A stretch of 64,000 nucleotides of DNA from Paraspadella gotoi (lineage: Eukaryota > Animalia > Chaetognatha). Below, in pieces: positions 36,140-48,600 of this stretch (positions are counted from its first letter, which is position 1; each line of letters begins with the position of its first letter). The notes beneath the pieces were generated by a model. It was given only the letters and a program-made list of their open reading frames with translations, was not told the origin of the DNA and ran no database searches. The DNA is taken from positions 7,326,629 through 7,390,628 of the forward strand of contig CM119265.1 in NCBI GenBank assembly GCA_051294375.1, read 5' to 3'. The position numbers were made by a program, and so were the translations under genes.

Positions 36140-36698
36140 TCACTGATCGCCATTCGATGAAAAGTCAAAACACAAAAGATATAAGCTAAATCGAAATGAA
36201 AAAAAGAAACTAACTAACACTGCAATGTAAATAACCGAGAAATATAACCTGAATTGAAAAAGAACAAAAATACCAAAGTCAAAAAGAAAGAGAAAAAATA
36301 TGGCGGCCATAAACCACCAAATCACAAGTTAAAAACCACAATTCGTCGAATCGACGCGAATTTCCGATCCTTCCTTCAGCGATCGTAAAATTGGAAAACG
36401 TTTTCGCGCCATTTTTTACGATGTCGTTTTCGTCTTACGACTTCCGACGGAAAAAAAAAATCGGCAGAGGAGTGGCCGGGCAGGGCCAGGGTGGACAACA
36501 TTGGAACGTCGGATGTTGGACAATAATGGGCGGACAGTTCGATGATTCGCTGTGACATTTTGACATACTGTAAGCGAAAATGAGAACAACTCGGTAAACT
36601 TTTTTAAAGGTTTTTTTAATCTTAGTTAGTTTCTTTTTTTCATTTCGATTTAGCTTATATCTTTGTGTTTTGACTTTTCATCGAATGGCGATCAGTGA
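36140..36698. mobile_element. Foldback/MITE-like element with near-perfect ~77-bp inverted repeats
   Basis: 36140-36217 is the reverse complement of 36622-36698 except for one A indel. The right arm runs into the gap at 36699. Confidence 0.75.
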
Positions 36699-36809
36699 NN
36701 NNNNNNNNNNNNNNNNNNNNNNNCGTTTCGAAATAAAAACCTGTGTATGGTGGACTAAAATTCGCCAACCGTTCACCAGTGGCCATTTGTGCAGGAGGCG
36801 AGAATTGCC

Positions 36810-37007
36810 TTTCCGTGAGGGCGAAGTGACGAAACGCTGCCTCAACCCAAAGGTCCGGGGTTCTCGCCCGTTGGTCGCCTAGCAGTTAACAGGGGCGGGA
36901 CGCTTAACCCGCCTGTAACACGGTGTTACAACCAGATCCGAATCTCAGGGACTGCTTATATTGAACGGTTCTGTCACTAACTCGTAACAATTATTACTGT
37001 CTCTTCA
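36810..37007 (+). mobile_element. tRNA-derived SINE-like repeat, copy 2
   Basis: Matches 9179-9314 in reverse orientation. The head contains a T-arm/B-box-like aaggtccggggttctcgccc. Confidence 0.65.
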
Positions 37008-38994
37008 GTCTTCACCTGTTTTTATTGTTTCGAGGTCACCGTGACGATATTGCCGTCCCTGATTGTTCTATTTTCTAACGGACGATAACCAATGTACTAC
37101 AAAAAGCAATTATTATCTTTCGGTAAATCGTATCGTATCTCGAACCAAATGTCTATTGCTGCCCTCGGGCGTTTGAGCCGGACTCTTTCGCTATCCGACA
37201 AGTTTATTTAACGGTTTGAGGAAATGCGGGTACAAAACGGTCGTCGTAATTTGCACCGTCATGTTCGGCGTAGGTATCTCTTAAAACTTAAAACACCCAC
37301 GCATGCGCCGATCGAGTTTAAGAAAGAAAAAGGTGAGTTCTGAAAAGAAGGATGTCGAGGATTTCCGTCGCGGCCGATCGGGAGCAACTCTAGGTGCGAC
37401 CCAGGCGGGGTGTCGTGGCCTCCGAGGGCTTTTGGGAGGGGACGGGGCGGTCTTTGGCTCGGGGTGTTGATGGGGGTAGGTGAAGAGTGGTTTCTGGTGC
37501 GGAGGGAATCTCCTGGCGTTTCTTCTTTTTTAATCGTGAGGGAGCGATCGTCGAGTGATTAGTAATCACCGACTATCGGGGTGGTCGTCAAATGAAGTCA
37601 TTTTTTGGGAAAAAGTTGCCCGCGAAAACTTGTCTCGGGGCGATTAAAAGCATTCGTTGTACAAATGAGGAGTCGAGACGAAAGCACTTAAACAGCCGTT
37701 AGTAATGTTTTGAAACAAAAAGCTATTAATTACTTTTGCTTCATTTCGACTCTTCGCGGTTCTTGATTATGAATTGGGTGTCACTTGTAGGTGCAACTGT
37801 AATGAACTTCTTTAACGGGCGAAGGCAAGATGATACATCGAATGTGGATTGAAAAATGAAACTTGACAGCAGAAAAGGGGAGCCCCGAGTTTGAAAAAAA
37901 ATTTCTGCGCTCCAGAAAGGAGATTAGAGAATATCCCGTCTCGATTGAAAGTTGCGCTACCTCTATCAGAAAATTTTTTTTTTTCCTGGACCCGATGTCT
38001 TTTCCCTTTTCTGCGGTTACGAGTTTGTTGATTCTGAAAAAAGGGGATTAAAAAATAGTGAGTCATTTTGATAAAAAATGATAAGATGACGACGACGACA
38101 ACCACGACGTCTTTTCGTGTTTATCTTTGGGAGAAGAGAGAGGAAGCGGAGAGGGCGAAGATCAAATTAATAATACAAAGAAAATTTATTTTATCCATAT
38201 CGGAGTGAAAAAAAAAGTAAATATTTTTTCCCGTTTAATAAAAGTTTTTGTTTGGTTTTGGGTTTTGTTTTTAAAAATAAAAATCGTTGCGTGAAAACAA
38301 ACAATTTTTTTCTACCTCAAACAATTACTAATTTCAACGAAAAGAAAGAAACCAAACAATGTTTACGAATTTCCATATTTCCGAATTTCAATAGGAACGC
38401 TCCTGTCGACTTTCTATAATTTTACCCGTTTCGCCCCGTTTTCCCAAACGTCTTTAAAAATACAGTCGCCATAACTAATTAACTATTAACTATCTTTCCT
38501 TAACTTCTTTCATATTTTCTCGATCTCGTCTTGTCTTTTACTTCTATCATTTCTTATTTCACTTTTTATCTCAATTTCGTCATTTCTTTCCCCTTTTTTC
38601 TTCACTTCACTATCACTTTTAGTCTTTTTTCTATTTCTTCTTCGCTTTATTTTCACTTTTTCCCTTTTTTTTTCACAGTCCGCGCCGGCTCCTTCGTCCC
38701 GCAGCGATTCTTCGCTTTTTTTTGATAAATGCCATCGTTAATTTCTGCCTCGACGAACGGGAACCGTGACGTCACCGCATCCTAGATCTCTCTCTCTCTC
38801 TCTCCCTCTTCCTCTCTCTCTCTCTCTCTCGCTCCGTCTCGCGATCTCTGGAGCTCGGATCTCCTAGAGACCCAGTCCTGTTCGACGACGACGAGAACGA
38901 CGACGACGTCGAAGACGACGACGAAAGAAGACGAAAGAAAAAAAGAAGAGGAAAAAATCTCGGAGTCTTGTCTGGACTCATCGCGAAATCCTGA

Positions 38995-39198
38995 ATGGGC
39001 AACTTCATTTCTCCGATCTTCTCCGCCGCGAACTCGGGTCCTTCCTCACAACAGCGCAGGTGAGTCAGGATTTTTGGCGCAATTTTTTTTTTTTTTGAAA
39101 CATTTTTTTTCTTTAAATAGCGTTTCTTTTTTTTATTCATTATTTCTAATTTTTCAATTATTTTTCCCGTTTTTCGTTTTCTCTGTCTCCAGCAGAGA

Positions 39199-39248
<50 letters not shown>

Positions 39249-40657
39249 CCGACTGGAGCAATCGAGATATTCGATGTCTCTCGCGCCGTAAAAGTTCGTT
39301 CTCCCCATTGCGTCTCCAGATGTGGAGAATAAAAACATAACCCGCCACCCGCGGATCGAAATTTGACGGCGTCATCTCGAGAATTTTTATCTTTATTATT
39401 TCATTTCTTAATTTTATTTTTTGAAATTTTTTTTGCGGTTTTTTTTTAGGGGGGATTTTTATGTCAAAAACATCGCCCTTTGAAAAAATAAAAAAACAAC
39501 AAAAAACAAAAACTTTAGATCTGATTATTGTTTTGCCAACTTTGAACCGCATTTTTTAAATTAAACGTTGAGATCGAATTTTCGAGTTATTTTTAAATCT
39601 TTTTTTTTAAAGAATACTCGATCGACGATGAGTGTTTTTTTTTCGGAGCTTGTGGTCCTGGTTCGCTTCATCTTTTTTAAAAACAAATTAGTAACATACT
39701 ATATTCTCTTAATCCCGTGAGGGTTTATGCTGGATGAATTCGGACGAATTTGACTCTTAAGACAATACCGCAAATGCCTTAAAAATCCCTCTCTTTTTTT
39801 TTATTATGTCAAATTGACCATTACGTTGTGTCACATTTACATTTCAGACGAGATTCGCTCGATTCGCTGCTCTCGGCGTCCAACGCCGAACGAAACGATT
39901 CCACCGGAAGCGACATCATCACAACAACAACAACGACAACGAAAAGAACACAAGTTTCATCGAGACGAAAACAAAACGCCAGCGAAAAAAAACAAAACTC
40001 TCGAAGAAGGTGAGTACAAGAAAACCACGCCTTACTTTTTGACAGAAATTGTTTGGTTAAATGAGAAAAGTAATTCTCAATGTGACATTCCCAGCGTCCG
40101 CCGTCTGAGCTGACCTCGATGACTTGCGGTCTCAATTAAAATATGAAAAAAAACAAACCAAAACGTTTATCGTCCTTCTCATTTTTACGACTCGTACGTA
40201 ACAGAAAAATATGTTTGCCTCTGTTAATCAAATTACAATATTGAATTAAAAACGGGAGTAATTAAAAGTTTTGGGACGACAAAGGAAACAAACTGGAAGA
40301 TTGGGGCATTCTTTCTTCGAGAAGAAAATCTATTATAAACTCCGTGAGAATATTTTTCTTCTTCAAATTAAAATGTTTTAAAAACTCGAAAACGAGGGAT
40401 GAGTTAAAATAAAAGATTGAAGAGAGACAGGCTGTCTTAAATCTCCGACGTTTCTAGTAGAAGAACGTTAAAAAATAAAGCCCGCATTTAATTGCACTCT
40501 GCGCAATGTTTATTGCTCAATCACGACGCGACATTTTTTTGAGTTTGAAACATCAAATTTAATTCGGCGTCGTCTACTCCCGATTTCACTGTAATCATCT
40601 TTTCGAAGTCTTTTCTTTCGACTCCGCTGCGGGGTCGTAAGGCGCCACGCGGTCGAG

Positions 40658-40698
<41 letters not shown>

Positions 40699-40770
40699 TG
40701 AGAAAGTGCCGACGCCGAACATCCCGCGGTAACAAATCGAATCGATTTTCCGCCTGCTTGACCTGTTTCG

Positions 40771-40812
<42 letters not shown>

Positions 40813-42119
40813 TCATAACAACTCGGCTGTCCCTCGTCTCAGTCGTCACTTAACCTTTTTTCTGACTTATCGGTCTCACGCCACAGGGTGGGCGAGCGAG
40901 TCTTAGCTCAGGTTTCGGGATTCCCCTCTGACGGTCAGTGACGTAATCAGTAATCACAACTCACCTTAAACTTATTCACGACGTTATACAATTTCGTTAG
41001 AGAGAGATAGAGAGAGAGCTTTCGAGATTCATCGTGTGAATCCAAATGCTCGCTGCTTTTTTTATCTTCAAGTTTATAATAGCTTAATTAACGAAATAAT
41101 AAAAACATTTGTTAGTTGTGAACTAAATATTCATGGAGAAGAAATGAACAAACTAGAAGCGCCGGTTTTTAAAATCGGAAAAAAGCAATTCTATTCTTTG
41201 AAAATATATAAATAGATTTGAGTTCGGCTTTGTCATTCGCGCCGACCGTCGTGGGAAATTTCGAGTTAGATTCACTTTCGTTAATGAAAAAAAAAAATTC
41301 TATTCCACCTTCGCTTTCTCAATATTCTTTTTTACATCGTTAAAACTTAACTGATGACGTCGCTTTAATTTGGAGCTGAATACGAAATTATTTAAATGAC
41401 GAAAAAGGCAAAATGATAAAAAATATGTAAACATGAAATTGGTATACTATAATCAAGGTATGTTGGCCCTGATTTGGACAGGCTATGGTGGCTTAAGGCC
41501 GCCTATTCCTCTCACAAGATAATAGTATAAGAGGTAAATTCTATCACTCAGAGGGTTATCTCGAGAATGTACATTCTTTTGACCTAATTTTCAACTGAAA
41601 GCCTTGACAAGTATTTGCCCTATCAACACCCCCGAGTACAAGACGTCATTTTCGAAACCCTGATTTGATGACTCAGCCACGATCAAAAGACAGGTGGAAA
41701 GAAAATTATATTTTTGGTAAACTATAAATTTTGCTGCTCCCTTTTGTTAAGTCAAAACCTTTTAATTAATCTTCTATTTTCTTTCAATCTGTGTTCTCTC
41801 TCGGTATCCCTCATTTTTCTCCGATTATGTAAGTAAACTATCCTGATAATCTAAACAGTATCGATATAATTCACAACTCTATCAGTCGTCTTTAAAAACC
41901 CACCAGATTCTTCCTCTAATTAATTATTATCTCATTAGCCATCTAGAGACGTCAGTTCCTCTCATTACCCAGCAAATCTTGTCAATTCCTCTCTTCGAAA
42001 ATCAGGGAAGTTCCACCAGGCGTCTTCCAGTTTTTCTTTCTAATTCAACTAAAAATAAACCGCAAAAACTTTTTGACCTTTTTTACGTCCGAAAATAAAA
42101 TTATTTCTAGAATGTCTCT

Positions 42120-42153
<34 letters not shown>

Positions 42154-42786
42154 CTCTCCCCTTTATGTAATCGTTCCCCATCAAACGTCGATTAGCGACG
42201 ATTAGCGGCAAAGCGAGCGCCGAACGTACGGGTGGCGAACGGACAGAAGGTTCCGTGAGACGACGACTGACGGACGAAGTTAAAGTAAAAAGTGACGTTG
42301 AAGAATGACGTGGCGAAATTCTTGGGATTCTCTCTCTCTCTCTCTCTCGTCGTTGTCGTTGTTGTTATTTTTTTCCCCCTCGTCATTCCCGGCATTTCTC
42401 TTTTTTTTTGGGGGGGGCTCAGTTTTATTATTCTCAGTCATTGCCGGCCGAAGTATTTTTTTTTTTTTTGTGAATCGGATGAATGATGACGAATGAATGA
42501 CGAATATTGAACTATTATAAACAGGGAAAGTCCTTTAAGTCAAGAGTCGGGGATTCGTGATGGGCGCTTTAGTTACTGGCCAGTGTCCACTAAAGTTAAA
42601 AGTGTCTCATCTTAATGAGATAAACTTTAGCAAAGTTTAAGGGTCTTTTATCCCCGTTTCGCTCTCATTATTTTCCACACCCCAAAACCCTTACTCTCTC
42701 TCGGCACTAAAAATAACTTCCATCACCAAATGGCTCGTCCGGATAACGCGAGGGCGTCCGCCGGGCCGTGACGTCACGAGGGCGGG

Positions 42787-42835
<49 letters not shown>

Positions 42836-43597
42836 GATTGATGGGATGAGTCACGCGTTTCGACGAAGATGCGGTTTTTTTTAATTGCAGAGAACGAGAA
42901 GGAGAAAGAAGAAGACAGAAGGAGACTAGAAACAGAAGAAGAAAGAAGATGATGAAAAAATTCCCCGCGTCGTTTTATCTAAACATCCTCCATCCACCTC
43001 CGCTTCCTTCTGCATCCACTTGGCACCTTCGACTCATCCTCCACAATCTACTATCTTCACTCTTCAGTAGGGTGAAGTGATAGTTGATTAATAAATAAAA
43101 ATAAAAATAAATCCTATTAATAAAAAATATATTATAAAAAATTAATTTGATTATTCAAACAATTTTTTTTTATCTAGATGTACAAGATTTTACCATTTAT
43201 GTTTAGAATATTTATTCGATTAGAAATTTAAAAAAAATCACTGCATCCTACTCCTCAGGCCTCAGTCCTCGATCCACATTTTTCCCCCTCTATTTTTATC
43301 GTTCGTTGGTCCAAAATCTATTCTACTTAACCTACAATTATCTCTCACGAGTCAACTCACCACAATCTACTGTGCTAATTCCACTTTCTACTGTCCACTA
43401 TTCTGAACTAAAGTTTAGTTTCAACTGTATTTTTAAAAATATAATAATCCATAAATAACGCCGCCAGCCGTTACATCATTTCCTGAAATAAAACGTTTCG
43501 AAAATCTGTTCTTAATGATGACGGCGAACGTCGAAAAGCCAGACGCCGTTTCCTTCCTGACTCGGGATGCCACTGCTCCTCTCCTCTCTCCTCTCTC

Positions 43598-43662
<65 letters not shown>

Positions 43663-44954
43663 CTCTCTCTCTCTTAGTGACCACACCCTTAGCTTCTAGT
43701 TCCATCTTCACCACGCTTGCATCACATATCACTTCACACACCCCTCGCCTCCACCGCGTCCTTTACTCTTCAAATTTGATCGTCTCACTCACAAGCTCAC
43801 AATCTCAATCTCATTTTCACATTTCACACCTTCCACCCTCCTACGGATTTTTGCTCCAATGACCACTCCTTGCCACCCCCTTTTTCCGTTTCCACCTATT
43901 CCCGTTCCACCCCCACCCAAGTCGATTGCTGCTGCTGCTGCCGCCGCTGAAGCTGCTGCAGCCGCCACCGCCGCCCACGAACTTCTTTCCATCATCTCTA
44001 TCCCGCGTCTGTCGCTCATTACAGCTCCGAAGATCGAGCGCGCGAAAATTCGAAAATTCTGGAAATTTATTTCTTTTTAAAAAAATTTTTTCGTTTAAAA
44101 AAACTTTTGCTCCAAATATATTCCTTTTTTCTTCTGTCGGACGCGCCCGTCTTTTTTTTTTAACGTAAATTATAGAAAGTGGCCTATGAGGAGAAAAGAT
44201 AGAGAAGCGAAAAAATGCACTCACGACGACGACGACGACGACGACGACGAATAAATTTCCGAGATTCGACGCGAAAGCCGCGATTTGAACGCGAACGAAA
44301 TAATGATAGTTTGCGTTGTAATTTATTAATTTGGAGTAAATAAAAAATAAAATAAAGGAATACAAAAAACGTCTAACACAAAACGGGAATTGTTTTAATA
44401 AAATGCTTTATAGCCGAGCGAATGATTGATTTATTATAATTTTTTACGAAGGCGGGATGGAACTTGCGAACAACCGTTAATTAAGTTAATGGGTTTCAGA
44501 GAAATATTGGCAACCATTAATACAAAGTGAGAAAAAAATTACGAGGTTTTCGACCGCCCCGGTTAATAAAAAAAAAAGTAAAAAAGAATAAATCGTAAAG
44601 AACGGAAGACCACCCGTTACAAATTACATTAAAAAAAGTTAATGTTTTTCTTTAAAAAGGATAATTTTTTTTTTTAGACTCCCGAGCGTCAACTGTTTCG
44701 CGAGACAATCGAGCGCGTCTCCGACCTCCAGCGCCTCATCCTTCGACTCCTCAACCTCCTCCTCCTCATCCGGTTCCTCCTCCTCTTCCTCAACCGTCCC
44801 TCGTCGTCGCCTCCCTCTACAGATTTGGAAACGAACCTCTGCCGACGCCGCCGACGCAAAGTGGGAAGACCGATTTTACAAAGACTTTGTCCGCCAGGAT
44901 CGCTTGCGTCGTGCGTTGACGACGAACCGTTGGCGCGAATCTTACGTCAACTGA
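38995..44954 (+). CDS. Orphan 167-aa protein with N-myristoylation motif, 3 exons
   Basis: Exons 38995-39059 (AG|GTGAGT), 39848-40009 (tttcAG| ... AG|GTGAGT) and 44678-44954 (poly-T tAG|) are all phase-2 compatible and total 504 nt with no internal stop: MGNFISPIFSAANSGPSSQQRRRDSLDSLL...RRRLPSVNCFARQ-Ser tract-PRRRLPLQIWKRTSADAADAKWEDRFYKDFVRQDRLRRALTTNRWRESYVN*. Confidence 0.7.
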
Positions 44955-45279
44955 ACCATAAGCCCATTTCCGTCCGCGGAGAAAGAGAGGGCGCTCTGCG
45001 CTCCCGCCGTTAGCGTCCAGAAATCCTCCGCCAAATGTCACATTCTCCACCGAGCGGATCGTCGACTTCCGCTCAACTTTCTCGCCGAATCTTCGGTCGA
45101 CTCGATCCTCGAAAGCCTCGTTTCCTTGGCGACGAAATAAAACTTGACGACGGAGAAACCCGCGAATAAATCTCCTTGACGACGGAGAAATAATCCCTGT
45201 CCGCCTCGAACGCGCGCCCCCCCACTGCTGGCGGTCGGGGGTCTGTACGGAGAAGAAACCAGTTCGCTTAATCGAGGTA

Positions 45280-45390
<111 letters not shown>

Positions 45391-45619
45391 ACGAGACTTG
45401 ATTTAGCGCCGTGAGAGCGATCGATGAAGGCGCCCGTTAGTCGTTGTTGTCGATCCCGTTGCAGCTACGAAATTCATTGCCACTATTAGCCACTATTAGC
45501 GATCGAACGCCAACCAAAACGGGTGGGTGTTATTTTGGGCAATTTATTAACCCGAGATTGTTAATTGAAGTCCTTAGTTAAAAAATTTAATTAAATCCAC
45601 AATCGTTTTCTTTTGAAAA

Positions 45620-48600
45620 AACAGTACTTTCAGCACGAGCCAATGCCCAGTTGTCCACTCTCTTGCTAAGTCTCGGTATGGATCATGCACGAGACTAAGT
45701 GGGCAGACTTACCTGACATGGGCCCTAGACACCCATACAGTTAGACGTGGAGAAACTATGGCTAGCTGTAGAAACTTCGGGCACCCACGTAGGAAGCATT
45801 AAGCAACCAAACACTGCTGTATAGATACGCAGGGGGAACAAACAGGACGCTGCTTCACGACAGAACCAGGACAGCCAGTAAGACAGTATATGTGGAGACT
45901 TAAGCAATGCCACACTCATTCAAATAAGACGGTGAGCTAAGCACATCGAATTCACTTATGCCACTCTGACTTGCCCAGAGAGAACTAAACAGTGATGAAA
46001 AGGACATGAGCCAGGCCTTACCCAGCAAGTGAGTCAAATCATCTTGACCTCCAGTGGCCGAGACCCAGAGATGACAAAATAGCATGCATACTGTAAAACA
46101 GACTACATAACGCAGCAGTGATTGCAGCGCGCCGGCAAGCTGCCTCTATACATTAACAGCCGGCGCTCTATAAAACGTGCAAGAAAATTTGTAGAAAAAG
46201 AATGGGCCCTGTCTGACAAAGGTCTACTACGGCCCCCACTTGCGACTTCTACAGCTACAGGGACCATCACCTTAACAGAAAAGGATCAACCTGCGAATCA
46301 TTTTCAAAGTGGGTACTTCCGACAGTCTTTTATGTCTCGGCTGATGAAAATTGACCCAAGAATATATCATTTGATACTGGATAGGCCATACAGTAATCCC
46401 ACACCGGGTCCTCCCTGAGACAAACTGTGGTAGATACAATCCTCAACAAAGAAAGACGTCCAAGTTGATGCAATGGAACAAACCGCATTAATCACCGTCT
46501 TCAGGGACAACACGAAGCCTGAAAGCTGCAGATGCTACACGTGGAATGGGTAATGATGAACAGACTACCGCTGCCCGCTTCATACACACCCACTACGCGA
46601 TATATGTGAAGGAAATAAAATAATGCACGAGCCAGCAGAGCCATACTGAGGGAAAGACCATTGCAAGGGTCAAGATGGGGTCTTATGGAATCAAAAAGAC
46701 GGCTCTGAGATGTACATCGCGGATGGTGATGCAACTCAGGAGAAGGGATGGGGAGAGGGTTGGTGCAGAGAGCCGTGGTGCCCATGGGCTTGGCACAGCC
46801 CCGTCAATTACAAATGATTGCCGGAAGAAGTGAAACTTGGACTTGAAGACAGACACTCCAGCGATTTGATATCCTATTCAACGGGCCGCGACATGAACTC
46901 GGAAAGAAGGCCCCTTCTGAGAATAGAAATCAGAAAGAGATAATATTTCTGCAATTCCAACATAGTCCATCACACAAAACCATGAGGAAGGATGTCCTCA
47001 AAGGCCAGTCGAGAGGAAGCCCGCCCAAGACAAAAGAAGACAAAAGCACGCAATCGCGGCAAAGCAGGCCTTCCTGAAACCAATTCAAAGACATTGACCG
47101 GCCAGCCCGTCAATGAGGACATAAGCAACCACTAAGTGGATGGGAAGTGGTGTGGGAATCATCGAGACGTCTTTGGAGAAACCATAAATGAACTGCAAAG
47201 AGGGCTTTCTTCAACTACAAGGTGATTTGGGTTACACAGATAGAAAAGATCTCACCAAAGCCAGAGGTTTGTGAACGCAAGGCCTCAGTCAAATGAGGCA
47301 TGCATTAAAAAGGTACCTTGGAGTATGTATGAGAAAAGCAGGGCATTTTTCGGGTTGTCTTAGGACAAGGGAGATGGGAAGCATACTCTAAATGCCTTCC
47401 CTCATCAAAAAAGCCGCCGGACACATAGCCAATGGCCAAGATGAGGGATGAAATTGATGAAACTTTGCCAAAACAGAATGCGCCTCATTTGCAGATCTCA
47501 TCATCAAGTCAACAACAACATTCTACTTATGACCTTACAGAGAGCATTCAGTACATCCACTATCTTATCCCTGTGATTACAATTACAAGCCGCATCCGAG
47601 CTGCAGAGCGCTGTAGTACGAGGCAGGACCTGCCTTTCCACCAAGTCAATCTATATAACTGACAGATGCATACCTAGTACAAGCACTTATTGCAGGAGTC
47701 TGGCCACATACTGGTGGATGAATAAGCTAACCCACATGGGAGGGGTTAATAGCGTAAACGTCCTGCAAGCCATCCCTGATTGTAGATCTTCAAGGATTTG
47801 GGCAGCAGACATGCAAAAAGCTTCTTGTATACCCTGTCGACGACCTCCAATCCTGCAAGCAGCAAATCGCCAGAAAGGACATGGCTTGAGAGGCTTCGTG
47901 AACTACTGCAGAAGATGCAGCAGATGAAAAATGTAGTCCTTGAAGTGGACGAAGAGACGTTCTTTCCAAAGGCGTAGCGCAAAGAGGACATCAAGAATTG
48001 GGGTTTAGCATAATCTAAAGAACAAACTCATGCCGGTACAAAAAGGAAAAGCTGGAAAGCAGTGAGGTAATATAGCTCAAAACATCAAGACGCGCAGAAG
48101 AGCTCAAGGGCAATGTTGGCCTCGCTCTCCACTACTACAGATGTTTTACTCACCGTTCTCCTACATGGCCCAACCCCTACATGCACTGACCCTTCTGGAC
48201 AAAAAGGACTTCAAGCTCACCAATAAACATCTGCAGATGCTAACAGCAACCTAGCTGGAAGAAATCAAGACCTCGCCTGGACATAAACTTCCTAAATGAT
48301 GCATGAATCAAAAAATGGCAACCTATCGCATTTATGCAGATGGCAAGTACAAGCGCTATGAGGTGGAGCTGAATCAGCCGCCACTGCAGATGGCATTGAA
48401 TACCCGCTATCTTCCATTCGAAGTCATCTTTCAGAGGAGTACAGGATGCAAGGCACATCAACATTCTGGAAACCGCTAGCCTTCAACATCCGATGGTTAG
48501 GAAATTCAAGGGACTAGCATGTGCGGGGTCAGGAAGAGTCACCCTTGTCAGATTCTCTAAATATTCTTAAGAGAGTTCTGATGGAATCTGTTCTCTAGCA

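Noticed and set aside
39061-39067. AP-1 site TGAGTCA
   Set aside because: It is part of the splice donor GTGAGT of the orphan gene's first exon.
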